The position numbers and the translations under genes are program-made. Shown piece by piece: positions 1 through 12,310 of a stretch of 64,000 nt of DNA. Under the pieces are notes generated by a model. The model was not told the origin of the DNA and ran no database searches. It saw nothing but the letters and a program-made list of their open reading frames with translations. This DNA comes from Octopus sinensis (Eukaryota), in contig NC_042997.1 of assembly GCF_006345805.1 (NCBI RefSeq), positions 23,064,001 through 23,128,000 of the forward strand, given 5' to 3'. Position 1 is the stretch's first letter, and each line of letters starts with the position of its first letter.

Positions 1-727
1 TTTCAGATCTTCATTTTATATTTTCTTTAGCCTATTACTCCTACCTTGCAAATTTTATTGTCTCATTTTAGATATACCATATATTTTTGAGTTGTACTCA
101 CTTGGAAAATGCATTGGCGTGTGAGATAGTTTGCTGAATCTGAAGTGATTATGTTGTGGAAGAGTTCGTTTATTTATTTATGAAGACACAAAAATTGTTA
201 CATTCACTTTTAGTTATTTCTTAATAGTAATGTCTATTTAAAAAAAAAAAAAAATCTTATTGTCAGGTGGGAAGACAGCATCCATGACTGTTTATAGGAT
301 CTTTGAGGTTGAGGGTGGGAGATATCCTCAATCTAGAGACCTGGCTTGAATGCTTGCAAAGGAAGTGAACTCCACCAAAGTTACTCAAAGTACTAGACAC
401 TGGTGTTAAGTCAAGTGATGGATCAAGGCAAGAAATTTTGTTGCACTCCTGCGACCTGGTCACTGACACAATTCCAGTGCAGTGAAATTTTGTCAGAAGT
501 TAATCAAGGATTTTTGACACTTCATGATAGACAGTAATACATGAAAAGTAAATATAACAGCTTTGGGGTATTTGTAAGTGGTTAAAATAACTCTTCTACA
601 TTGTAATCAAATTATCAAAGAGTGGAAGCTGCAAGAATTTTTGAATTTATTGAGATTTTTAAAAAATGATAGTGGGTTTTTTTTTCTTCTTGTTTTATTA
701 TATATTATATTCTTTAATGTGCCTTAA

Positions 728-801
728 ATATGCTCAGCAAGCTAGCTGTATTGTGAATCGTGTCCGAATCAATGAAGATACGAAAAGTAAAAAGATTCAA
801 G
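728..801 (+). CDS. KIF14: Kinesin-3 KIF14 ortholog, first coding exon visible in window (end of motor helix 6 / neck); 5' boundary uncertain
   Basis: Translates (R)YAQQASCIVNRVRINEDTKSKKIQ(E), matching KIF14 RYANQARLIVNIAKVNEDMNAKLIRE from recall. GT donor at 802 (GTTAGA), phase 1. No AG at the expected acceptor; nearest AG is 736-737. Confidence 0.8.
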
Positions 802-892
802 GTTAGAGAATTTAGTTTTTTTAAGTTATTTTTAATAATTCTCATTTATATATTTCAAAGTATTTATATTCCAGTTATTGATTTTGGTATCT

Positions 893-1060
893 ATCATCAT
901 CATCATCTTTGTTTAACGCCCTCCTTCCATACTGGCATGGGTTGGATGGTTTGACAAGAGCTGGCCAGGCAGGAGCCTACACCAAACTCCTGTGTCTGTT
1001 TTGGCATGGCTTTTATGGCGGGATGCCCTTTCTAATACCAACCACCCTGCAGAGTGGGAG
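893..1060 (-). mobile_element. RTE-LINE 3' tail / RTE-tailed SINE copy
   Basis: (CAT)n tail followed by ...ggatgccctt..ccaaccac, the same sequence as the 3' UTR of the RTE at 61425-63010. Confidence 0.8.
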
Positions 1061-1454
1061 ATAGCAAGAGAGAGATGGCAGTGAAAGGTAATCTCACAAT
1101 GTACAGGGATCAGAGCATAAATGGGATGGTAGAGTAAGGAAGAAAGAGATAGATGGTGGCAGGTGCCATCAAGGTATTGCCAAGGTGGGGGTAGGGGAAT
1201 GTTGTAACTGGTGAGAACCTGGGTATATAGAGGGGGTGGGGAAAGCAACAATACAGTGAGCAGGGTAGTGAGGACAGGATTGAAGAGTGGGAGGTAATCG
1301 TAGTGTATGAAGAGGAAATGTGAGGAAAAGAAGAGATAGTTTTGGAGAGGAAATGTAATTTGATTTGTTGGGGTAGGGTGGGTGGAACACAACACTTCTA
1401 GAACTCAGGTTCACTGATGTGGGTGGATCTTCTCTAGAACCTCTTATTGCCAGA

Positions 1455-1565
1455 TATCTCAGTCCATTGTTATTTCCTCTGTGAGCCCCAACATCCTGAG
1501 ATCGGTCCTCACCACTTCATCCCATGTCTTCCTGGGTCTCCCTCTTCCACAGGTACCATCGACTT
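1455..1565 (-). mobile_element. RTE ORF C-terminal fragment
   Basis: Minus strand encodes VDGTCGRGRPRKTWDEVVRTDLRMLGL, matching the end of ORF 62049-63068. Confidence 0.8.
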
Positions 1566-1606
1566 TCATTTTTATATATTTAGTGATCTTCACATAAAGG
1601 GCGATA

Positions 1607-2008
1607 TACTGTGCTTGTGAAAACCTGTCGAGCCAAGTGAAATTGTAGTCATGGCTGATGCCAGTGCCGACTGCCTGGCATGTAAAAAGCACCATTTGTG
1701 CGTTGGGCCTCGTGGAGGCAGTGACAGGTGTCCAAGACCTTTGGCTATACACTGCGCTGTGTAGACCTGCCAAGCCAAGTGAAACCGTAGTTGTGACCAG
1801 TGTCAGTATCAGATCAGTGGCACCTGTGCTGGCAGCACATAAAAACACCAACTACACTCTTGGAGTGGTTAGCATTAGGAAGGGCATCAGCCATAGAAAT
1901 CTTACCAAATTAGATCGAAACCTGGTGCAGCTCTTCAGCTGACCAGTTTTCAATCAAACCGTCCAACACATGCTAGCATGGAAAACAGATGTTAAATGAT
2001 GATGATGA
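1607..2008 (+). mobile_element. RTE-tailed SINE / 3' UTR copy
   Basis: ggcatgtaaaaagcacc repeats, ggaagggcatc motif, ends aatgatgatgatg. Confidence 0.85.
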
Positions 2009-2426
2009 ATTCTATTTATGCATTGAAGAATGTCAAATCTTGTTCAGAATCAATCCATGATTTAAAACATATACCTAAATTTTAAATTTCAGTCATTTCA
2101 TAATTCATATTGTAAGTATTTGCATAAAACTGTATTTTTTTTTATTTGTCATAACGGTAAAGAAGAACAAAGCCTATTTTGTGATATTTAGACTAATATA
2201 AGACGATTACTTTGTTTTCTGTGCACATGCAATATTATCGTTAATATACAGTGAATGTTTCTTAAATTCTATGTTCTTTGAAAATAGCTCAGCTTTGTGT
2301 GTTTCAAGGCAACTCATCACTGATGAAAGTAATTGCATTTATGAAGATGGCATTCCTTCAAATTCTTATTTTTATATTTCTCATCAAATCATCATATATA
2401 ATTTGATATTTTGTAATCTCTTACAG

Positions 2427-2565
2427 AGCTTTTAGACGAGATTGAAAGGCTAAAAAGACTCACTTCAAAAGGTAGAAATATTGAACATGAAATACGTTTG
2501 GCAGAAATTACTTCTTTGCGTTCAGAATTAAGTGGTAAAGAAAAGGAGCTGCAAAATTTAAAAAG
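2427..2565 (+). CDS. KIF14: KIF14 exon, neck coiled coil
   Basis: ttacag acceptor, GTTTGT donor. ELLDEIERLKRLTSKGRNIEHEIRLAEITSLRSELSGKEKELQNLK vs KIF14 ELKAEIAKLK...EITSLR. Phase 1 to 2. Confidence 0.93.
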
Positions 2566-2694
2566 GTTTGTTTAATTGTTAAAATTTTCTTTCTTTACTT
2601 TAAATTATCAGTATCATTGTTTTAACAATTATTTTAATAGAATACAGTTGATCTTCATTTTTTTGTTTATTATTAAATGAATTGTGCATTTTAG

Positions 2695-2758
2695 AACTTG
2701 GGAAATAAAGCTAACTGAATCCGAGAAAATGAAGAAAAAACAGCTTGATATACTTCAG
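2695..2758 (+). CDS. KIF14: KIF14 exon, coiled coil
   Basis: ttttag acceptor, GTATTT donor. RTWEIKLTESEKMKKKQLDILQ vs KIF14 RVWKEKFEQAEKRKLQETKELQ. Phase 2 to 0. Confidence 0.92.
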
Positions 2759-3289
2759 GTATTTACTTTCGTTATATATACTTTTAATTTAAATGATTAT
2801 TTTTAGATTTGGCAGTGTTTACATTTACTGTGTTTCCGAATGCTAAATTAAGATTTTCATGTCTAGATTGTTGTTGAGCAGGATGAGAAAGTAGTCTTAA
2901 GTATTCATTGCAATTTTTATATGTTGTACAATTTTTCTCTTTGATTTTTCTTTTCTCTTTTACTATGTTCCTCATATAATCAATTAGGAAGCCTAGAAAG
3001 GAGTTAAGAGATATTTATGGTTTTGCTTATGATTGTTAACTGAATCAATATTAACCATATTTTCCTTTATTTACATATCATTTGATGACTACACCCCACA
3101 CTTGTACAGTTTTAATTACAGCTGGAGCATGTAAAATGTTTAGTTTGAGAGGCCTGCAACTTTACTTGCTTCTCCAGGTAGTACTAAAAGCATCTCTCTT
3201 CTAAGAACTGTATTAACCATTTCGTTACTGTATTTATTTTGAGATGTTCTGTGTTTCTTTCAATTAGTTTAAATATAACAAAGAATTTT

Positions 3290-3624
3290 CACCTTACTGC
3301 CACTTGTGCCGGTGGCATGTGAAAAACATTCGAGTGAGGTCGTTGCCAGTGCTGCTGGACTGGCTCCTGTGCAGGTAGCACGTAAAAAACACCACTTGAG
3401 TGTGGCCGTTGCCAGTACTGCCTGACTGGCCCTCGTGCCGGTAGCATGTAAAAGCACTCGCTACACTCTCAGAGTGGTTGGCGTTAGGAAGGGCATCCAG
3501 CTGTAGAAACTCTGCCAGATTAGATTGGAGCCTGGTGCAGCCATCTCGTTCGCCAGTCCTCAGTCAAATCACCCAACCCATGCGAGCATGGAAAGCAAAT
3601 GTTAAATGATGATGATGATGATGA
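3290..3624 (+). mobile_element. RTE-tailed SINE / 3' UTR copy with about 3 internal repeat units
   Basis: gtgccggtggcatgtgaaaa units, ggttggcgttaggaagggcatccagctgtagaaac, (ATG)n tail. Confidence 0.88.
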
Positions 3625-4637
3625 ATTTAATATAATAACTTAGTTATTATTCAGCTAGTGTAAGGAACATAAATTCTGACTATGGTTTGGTGGAAGATTT
3701 TAATTCAAAACTTATGAAAACAAGACATTTGTACTTAAAGCCAGTTTCAGCCAGGTTGGTAACGAAAGGCTTAAAAGATGTTGGGCTTGTTTAATCTTGT
3801 CTCAGTTAATATGGGATGCTACAGATAATGTTTGGGAGCATTGTTAATTATCAGAACCAGTGAGTGGTTATGTAAGCAAGAGAGAAATAGTTGATTATTT
3901 CAGGTTCAGAACTCTACTGTCACTGAGTACTGACAGCCAATAGAGTTGACTGTCAGTATTTGGCAATGGCCAAATGCAGCTAATTTTAGAGGTTAGATCC
4001 CATCTTCAGAAGCTTAATTTTATGCACTTGGCTAGTCAGGAGTGCTACCTTTTGGCATTATAATACAGGAGTGATTTTCATCAAGGGAGATCTCATCTGA
4101 GCTGAGACACAGGGAAGCAGTTCTTGTATATGTGAACAGTATTATTCTCATTATGTTGAGTAACTTGGGATTTGTGGTGATTCGCATAAAGCTGGAACTA
4201 GGGCAGTTATTAACTAGGTCAAGTGAGCAACTTAACATATATTAGAAAGGGCATCCAACCATAAGAACCCTACTAAAGAAGACACAGGTGCATGGTGCTA
4301 TCATGTGACTCATTGGATCCTATTGAACTTTTCAACTCGTACCAGTATGGATGATAGACATTAAATGATCGTGGTAATGGTAGTTGGCAATGACAGCAAT
4401 AACCAAGACTCCTCTATAAATCACTGAAGGATGGGGCAGAGCTTGTTTGTGAGGAGTGGATAAAAACAACATTTTAAAGGATGTTGTGACTATATAGCAG
4501 TTGGTGATTTCATTAGTTTCTTATTTTCCTATGTAACACTCCTTGAATAATCCTATAATTTGTTTCACCAGCCATTGGTTGTTGTTATAGATATGATAGT
4601 TTTATGCATTATTGGCTATATTTTCAATTACTTTCAG

Positions 4638-4822
4638 AATTCTGGTATAATCATAAAAATGGATAAAACGTTACCACATTTAGTAAATTTAAGTGAAGAT
4701 CCCCAAATATCTGAAGTCTTGCTGTATTTGATCAAAGATGGAAACACCCATGTTGGACACAGTTCTTCCGATTCTGTTTGTGATATTCAGTTAATAGGAG
4801 CCCTAATTTCAAAGAATCACTG
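4638..4822 (+). CDS. KIF14: KIF14 exon, pre-FHA / FHA N-terminal part
   Basis: tttcag acceptor, GTTTGT donor. NSGIIIKMDKTLPHLVNLSEDPQISEVLLYLIKDGNTHVG...DIQLIGALISKNH(C), with the kinesin-3 PHLVNLxEDP motif. Confidence 0.97.
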
Positions 4823-5785
4823 GTTTGTAACACTCTTATTTGTTACCTAAGAAGTAATTGCCTTTTCATCCTTATCATCGTCTTCTTTCTTTATTCTTCT
4901 ATTTTTACTTTTCCCTTCTATCTTTCTTAATTCTGTGCTAATAGAGAAAGTCAGTAAGATCAAGGTTCCAATGAGCACATTATTGCTATACTTTCCTTTG
5001 TGAAACCTCACTTTGTAAGGTCTTGTATTATAAATATAATTATCTGTCTTTCTGATGTAGAATTTTTTTTTTTTTTTTTTTTTACTTTGTGTGAGTGAAT
5101 AGGACTGTTCCACATCTGTACAGATTTAATTCTTGCAACAGTCATGCTAATTTAATTGCTTCCAGTCTGTGTTGTATGCACTTTATACACAACAGTTCAT
5201 ATTCAATTCATTCTAGCTGTGGATTCACTAAAAAGTTCATCTTTATACAACATTGGGATAGATTCAGTAATCCAGCAATTCTAATTCACAATAAATTTAC
5301 CAGTTTCTTGTGAATTACAATTGGTAAATAGATAGAATAATTTCTGTTAAGAGGGACATATTAACTTCTTTTACATATTAGTAGGCTGTGATTTTGAAAC
5401 TGTTATAGTTATAATTTACTGAAAGAATATTCAGTAACTTAAACCAGAACAATACTCTATAGAACAATATTCTCTGCCTCAAAACTGAACTTGCAAAACA
5501 TTAAAATCAATGCGTTCCATTCTTTTCATTTCCCCAGCTTTGTGTTTATGTTACAAAAAGTTCTTGGTATACAAAAATGACTGGATTTATGACTAGCAGC
5601 CAGTTAGTCAAAACAGCAGAGAATAAGAGTGAAATATATGTGAAAATTATGTATTTGTGTGATAGTGATGTAATTTCTTGAAATAGATTTATGGCAGAAA
5701 ATGCTTGCAGGCTAAGTTAATTAATTTTACATACTTGGAAATTTGATATTATATCAATTATTTTTAATGGATTATTTGTTTATAG

Positions 5786-5888
5786 TGTATTTATTAATAA
5801 AGATGGTGTAGTGACACTCTCTCCAATTGTTAATGCTCTTTGCTATATCAATGGTGTATTGATTAAGGAACCAACTATTCTTCAACAT
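5786..5888 (+). CDS. KIF14: KIF14 exon, FHA domain
   Basis: ttatag acceptor, GTAAGT donor. CVFINKDGVVTLSPIVNALCYINGVLIKEPTILQH. Phase 2 to 0. Confidence 0.95.
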
Positions 5889-7721
5889 GTAAGTATTGAT
5901 TTTACTTGGTTACAATTCTTTCCATTATTTTGTTTTCAAACAAGTTATTAAGTAAAGAGTTCATACTTGTATGCTTTTGTTTACCTAGTTGGAAAATAGA
6001 TAACACTTCTACTCAAGTGATATGAATCAGAGCATCTAATTAATAGAATATTACTCATATGCAAGAAAATTCTAACTTACAGAAATATCTTATCTTTATT
6101 TCTAAGGAAAAATGTACATAAACAAGCAGGAAAAAAGGTCTTTTCCATTTAAATGACATTGTATTGTGGTAATAAGAGTTGGTTATTCAAATTTAGATAT
6201 TTGAAAACGTTTTTAGTAGTCAGGTACACCAGTTCCATCAGTTTGCACCTTAATAACCCAGCTATCATGTTTATGTAGATATCTTTTGAATAAACAGGAA
6301 AATAATGCATAACAAAATAGTCAAATACTATGTTGATAAAGGCAAAACACGATAAGAGTAAATTTATTAGAATAACCATCTATTTCCATTGTTTGGTGTC
6401 CTTTTGAAAAGTTTTATAATTATAACTATGATTATTCAAAAGAAAATAATTCCAAAATACTGCAGCTAGCTTTATAAAATATATATGTACAAATGTTGTT
6501 GATTTTGTTCAATCCCAAATCAACTCCACTCAAGCAGAAGAATGAACAAAGGTGTACCATATCTGATCATCCTGTCTTTTTAAGGGTATCAGGGATTGCA
6601 TTATCTAGTGCATCTTTTACTGTTTTAAAATAGTTTGGTGTGTTTAAAAGGAGAATTAGCTGATATCTCTTACAGGTCAGATGACAAAGTAGAGGATCTT
6701 TACATTCTGTACTATTCACAAACCAATGAAATGTACTTTAACAAATATTAACCAGTTGATCCTACTGGTCTCAGAGGGTCTGCAAAAGGCCTGGGCTGAA
6801 CTCTTCCTCAAAATCACTTCCCCTCCCAGTCCCAAAGTATTTAATTGTACCTTTCCCCTTACAGTATATGGTATGAACTCTATTATGTTTCTGTAAGCAC
6901 ACTTAGTGTTGCTATGGGTATACTAGGCCTGAATAGTCAATGAAGAAACTGCTACATGGTCACTCAATTTGCTAGAGATTGCAACCAAATCCCCTTCAAA
7001 TCACACATTGTTGTATTTAGAAAAACAGAGGAGGGAGACGTTGAATAATGAGGTTGGGGTACACTTTACTTTGGCGGGGGGAGAGAAAAAGTTAGTGTGG
7101 TCACAGCTGGAATGCTTTTGATTATTGGTCAGCTCAATCAGGGCTGAATCAGAGCTAAACAAGAATACTAGGCATGATCAAAGTATTAAGAGACTTGAAA
7201 TTAGAGTAGTGTACTCTAGTTTTTTTTTTCTTGGTAGGATTCATTGAAACATGGTGTACCCTATTTGTATTGAAAGATGATCAGATATTAATACAATGTT
7301 ATAATTACTCTAATGTTGGTAAAACAATTATTCTTAATTTTTTTCTGCCCTTCAAATTTTGAATAATCACCCAGCATTCATATACTCGTAGTCAGTGATA
7401 AAATGAAGCAAAAAGACAAAAATGTTGAAAAATAGATTTTAGAAGTCTGTAACTTGCATTCTAGTTATTACATTGATGTTTTATATGTAAGGTTATGAAT
7501 TTTATATACTATATGTACTCCATATGAAATTATTGCTAGGGTTTAAGATATTCTGATGAAGGACAACGAAACTAAGTAAAGTTAAATTACAATTAAGTCA
7601 ATTTTTGTTTTGTAAAGCAAAAATATGTTGTATCATTGTTTTGTTTTGTTTTGTTTTCTATTTCTGTTTTTTTTTTTTTTCATTTTTATCTGTTTATCTG
7701 TTTAAAATTTTTTTTCTCTAG

Positions 7722-7759
7722 GGAGACAGAGTTATATTAGGAGGAAATCACTATTTCCG
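7722..7759 (+). CDS. KIF14: KIF14 exon, FHA C-terminal strand (38 nt)
   Basis: Polypyrimidine tract + ctctag, GTAAGT donor. GDRVILGGNHYF(R) vs KIF14 GDRVILGGDHYFR. Confidence 0.97.
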
Positions 7760-8537
7760 GTAAGTGACCATTAGTTTTTGTACTGTTAAAATAATATTCT
7801 TGTTCGCTTTTTTGTTTTATTGGTTTAGTAACGCCATTAAAGCGTTGGACAAAATGCCTTGCATTTATTCTTTCAGTTTTATATGTCTGGAGTCCAAATA
7901 CTGCTACAGTCAATTTGTCTTCCCCTAAATTCATTAACTGTAAAAGTGTTTGGCAAAGTCATAACAAATTAAAACGTACCACTAGATCTATAAAACCATT
8001 GATATGATCCACATAGAATTTGATGATGACAATAATAATACTAATAAAGAGTTCTTAAAAAGGCACAAGGCCTTGAATTTGGGGGAAGGCAAACTGACCT
8101 TAGTAGTATTTAAACTGAGTGAAGGGAGTGTGAGGTCAGTCAGAGAAGCAGAGTTCACTGTAGTAGTGATAGAAATGTTAGGGAGAGGGCAGCAATATAC
8201 CTCTAGACAGCTGTGTTGGTGAGTGACTTCATGATAGTCAGTTGAATAGCATTCCACCCAAAGCCATAAGATTGATGCAATTAATGGTAAATGGATTCCA
8301 GCTGATTAGGTGAAAGAAGCAAATGGTAAAGTGTTTAGAACAGAGTAAGGGTATTGTGTAAGAAGAAGGTATTTGAATGAAGAGGTTTTGTTGTGTGCTA
8401 GTTCAGAAGAGCCGTTATTATATACAGAAGTGTTAGATGTGCAGAGGTAACAGCTTGTTTATGAATCATTGTTGTAACTTGTTGGTAACTGAGTCTCTGT
8501 TGGTGATATTCTTTTGAATATCATTTTCCCATAGATA

Positions 8538-8600
8538 TCATCATCATCATCGTCGTTTAACGTCCGTTCTCCATGCTAGCATGGGTTGGACGGTTCGACC
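8538..8600 (-). mobile_element. Very short RTE-tail copy next to a CR1 3' end
   Basis: catcatcatcatcgtcgtttaacgtccgttctccatgctagcatgggttggacgg. Confidence 0.75.
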
Positions 8601-8611
8601 GAGATATAAGC

Positions 8612-9243
8612 AATATAATATAATAATAATAATAATGAAATTATTGTATACAGTGCTCAGGTGCACCACAACTTGTCAGAAAGTGCATATAGAGTATATA
8701 CAGTAATGTACAAATGTCTGGAAAGCGAACAGTGTATGAGTCAGATACATGCTTGCGTGTGTATGGAGGGGAGAAAATCAGGTGTAGTGTTGGCGAATCT
8801 CAGAAAGCATGGAAGTTTTGAAGGATGCAGTGCTCCGACAACTAACAACTGATGCCAGCAATTTGTTCCATGCTTCAGCAACTCTCAGTGTGAAAAAATG
8901 TTTCCTAAAGTCATGGGAGCTGTGCTGTTTTCTGACTTTGTAAATATGTCCACGGGTGTTAGACAGGTGGAGTTTGAAAAGGTGCTCAGAGTTATTGATT
9001 GTAAGATGGTTAATAATTTTATGGGTGTCTGCCAAGTCAGCTGCCAGACGTCGGAGTTTCAATGTGTCCATGCCCAAGGAAGTAAGGCGTTCAGAATATG
9101 GCAAATGCCTGATGGAGGGTATTCTTTTGGTTGCACATGTGCTAATGTGGGTTAACATGAGCTTTATAAAGGGTCAGCAAAATGATCAGTTAGTCTATTT
9201 ATTGAGTCTAGAGGAATATCCGTCTCTAATACACATTTAGCAA
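8612..9243 (-). mobile_element. CR1-like LINE, 5'-truncated 3' end
   Basis: ORF 8778-9158 reads ATKRIPSIRHLPYSERLTSLGMDTLKLRRL..TRGHIYKVRK..RKHFFTLRVAEAWNKL, a CR1 ORF2 C-terminus; (ATT)n tail near 8620. Confidence 0.85.
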
Positions 9244-9564
9244 TGTTATATATGTGTGTGTGTGTTACCTTGAAAGATAATTAGAGTTTGTAGTGGTTTT
9301 GAAGATTTTGGTTATACTGTTCATAAGTAGAGATGCAGTTTTCTAGTGATGTGTAGTGATTGTGTAACTTAGTCTGCTGTTTAATGAAGTGTAAGGAATG
9401 AGGACTAGTCTCAAAAGGGATGGAACCACTTAAGATTTTTCAAGCTAGGAAACTGCACTTTTTGATAAATCATTTAAAATCATGTTAAAAAACTTTTACA
9501 CATTATTTATTTACTTACTTTAAACAATTAAACCAATTGAATAATTTCTAAAAATATTTTTCAG

Positions 9565-9678
9565 ATTTATGTATCCTATGAAATCATCTGATTCAAAAGA
9601 AAATAGTCAATCTTCTTGTAAAGAAGTAAGAGATTTCGATTTTGCCCACAAGGAATTGATACGAGTACAAGAATTAAG
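9565..9678 (+). CDS. KIF14: KIF14 exon, post-FHA
   Basis: tttcag acceptor, GTTTGA donor. RFMYPMKSSDSKENSQSSCKEVRDFDFAHKELIRVQEL(R) vs KIF14 ...KDFEFAKNELL. Confidence 0.93.
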
Positions 9679-9899
9679 GTTTGAGATTTCATTTTTGGTT
9701 TATATACTAATTAAAACATTACAAGCACACTAATTAAAGTTGTTAATAATAGTATCAGTCTGTCTTTCTCTTTAGGAAAAAAATAAATTAATCCTTTAAT
9801 AGAAAAGATTTTTAATAAGTTTAATCTTAATCAGAAAGCACAGAGAAAGAGAGACAAATTTTATATTTTGATTTAAATAAAAAGTCTTTCAATTTAGTC

Positions 9900-10480
9900 T
9901 CTAAAGTATGGAAGTAAGTAGAAATAGCCCTAGATAAGCATCCTGTAATGGGGCTCTGATTCAGGAGTTCCAGGGTTTTGAGGAGTGTGGGACCACCTTT
10001 TAGTCACTGTTGTTTTCAGGTCTGTTCTGACCTGGAGTAGTAGCACGTCAGGGTCCCAGCTATGGGCTACTTTGCAAGTCAGTAACGCAGATAGAGCTCT
10101 TTAGCCTATTGGGGTAACCAATCTAGTGGAAGGAAAACTCAGATTCCAAAACCCCTCTGTCTTGCAGCTATACTCAGCCATGGGAAAAACTATAGGAGTA
10201 AGCCTTGAAGAAAAATTGGGAGTTGGAACCCTTGAGCCAGGTCGACATTGTCTACAACCTCATTTTAGCAACTCCTATGACAACACTGGTGCCAAATTGT
10301 AATGGCCATCCTGTTCCTTTGGATCCATCAGTTATGGAGATGGATGGGACATGCTGCATGAGCAACAACTTGTCTTTCTGCCCAGGCTGGTACCCTGTTG
10401 AATCCCCTATATTGGAGAGATAGAACTGGCAGTCATAATCAAAACTGTTTCAGTAGGGTGGACAACTTGGACTTTCATCC
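9900..10480 (+). mobile_element. Degenerate repeat, possibly an RTE-type 5' region
   Basis: Higher GC than flanks; ggaaggaaaactc..aaacccct..gcagctatac..catgggaaaa..ggagtaa resembles RTE 5' UTRs from recall. Confidence 0.3.
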
Positions 10481-11138
10481 ATTGTCATTAATGACAGAAT
10501 AGTGATATCATGGCATATCTTACCTTTTATATAATGATTATAAGGTAAGTATATCAGTATGTAGCCAAAACTTTAATCAACCTTTTTAATCAATCTAAAA
10601 TGACAGTAAAATCCTAAAAGTTCTTTATTTAAATTAAAATATTGCATTTATTGTTCATTTTGAATACTAAAATGTGTTTACTTAACACAGCTCACTCTCT
10701 ACAATTCTGATACATTGCAATATAGAAATATCTACTTCTATCTTGTCTCTAATTTTTGTTTCAGTCCTTCCATACATTCTGAAAGTTCAGGTATATGTAC
10801 AGTACAGGATCACTCGTTTCCACTTAGTGCCTTTCTCACTACTGACATTAGAAATGCATTTATGTTCTATAAAGAAAAATTAAAATTTACAATGCAACTT
10901 TCTATTATTAACATCTAAATATAAAAAAGTACATGTACAAAATTGTAGACCTCCCCAGGGGCCACACTAGATCTAAATCTGGCCCTGGTGTGAACAGTCT
11001 TTCAGGGGTAATGTTTTACAGCTGTATGCCCTTCATGTTGTCAACCCTTTTAGGCACCTGTTAAGGTAATTATTTATTACCTTAGCCATTTGTTAATTTG
11101 ATGTAATTAAAATCAAAAATTTGTGGTTATATTTTCAG

Positions 11139-11250
11139 ACTTGCACAACAGTTGGAAGATACTAAAAATATGGTTCAAAAGGAATTATATCAACAAATTA
11201 AAGAAAAACAAAATGGTTTTTGTAATGACAATCAACTTATACAAAATGGC
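11139..11250 (+). CDS. KIF14: KIF14 exon, coiled coil
   Basis: ttttcag acceptor, GTGAGT donor. RLAQQLEDTKNMVQKELYQQIKEKQNGFCNDNQLIQNG. Phase 2 to 0 fits the neighbours. Confidence 0.88.
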
Positions 11251-11859
11251 GTGAGTGTTTTCAGTTGTAAATTGTTGAATATGGAGTCAACTTTATCTTT
11301 TATACATTAAATAAACATTTAGCCCTGCTGCAAATAGACTGTTAAATCAATGAACATTCTGAAGAATGAATAAAGAACAACTCAACTAGTTTCATCTTTC
11401 TTTAGCTTGGCAGGAGTGTTTACTTCATTTGATCTTCAAAGAGAGAGTGAGTGGGTGTATGTTTGTGTGTGTAGCTTACAACTACTTATGAAAAATACTA
11501 TAAACCACAAGTACTGCTTTTGCTTATTTGCATATTGGTACATCTATTGGCTACACAGATTAGCTAAAGTACATTGTTCGACTGGTTGTAAATAAATTTA
11601 TATGCATATATTAAAATAAACATACATGAAGCGTAGCACAGTAACACTCAATGTATGTAATTTCAGGACCCAGTGGTTCTGTAACAGCATTACAGACCCC
11701 TGGGCAAAGCAATGCATTATCAGTTAGTGTTACAAAGACCAAGACTCTGGTCCTCTCCAGAAAGTCTTCCTTGTGTACTCTGCATGTTAGTTGAACATTA
11801 CTGAGACGAGTGGAGATGTTTCAGTATTTCAGATACTGGCACAGTAATACACCAACATC

Positions 11860-12310
11860 ATAAGAGAAGAGATTGATTAAAAAGCCAAACTTGCTATCTT
11901 CAATTTAGTTTTTGTGCCTATTCTTACCTGTGGTCATGAATGTTGGGTAATGACCAAAAGAGTACGATTGCAAATACAAACAACCAAAGTGGGGGTTCCT
12001 CTGAAGGAAATCTCTTGTAATGTTGCTCAACAGGCTGCATAACTCGGAGATCAAGAAGTTCTCTGCAATGAGAAGTCACAACTCTGATGTTATGGACATG
12101 TGATTAGAATGTTGCAGGAAAAAAAAAAAAAGACAGCTTCTTCAAGCTCAGTCAACTGGCAGGAGACCTAGGGGTTGTACAAGAATGAAATAGTTGGATA
12201 ATAGCCATAGTCTTAGTCATGTTTGGGAATCCAGCTGGAAAGTAATGATTGTTGTTTCTGATAGGACCCAATGGAGGAGGTGCCTGAACCCACGCGCCAT
12301 GATCCTTGCA
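11860..12310 (+). mobile_element. Decayed RTE-clade ORF C-terminal fragment
   Basis: Encodes AKLAIFNLVFVPILTCGHECWVMTKRVRLQIQ, then frameshifted ..LRPRGCTRMK*LD. Confidence 0.6.

Noticed and set aside
322-330. ATATCCTC as the U12 donor partnering the AA acceptor at 727
   Set aside because: The upstream frame gives IFEVEGGR rather than ETLSTLR, and the site lies in a dispersed repeat (similar sequence near 21740 and 38530). The real donor is outside the window.
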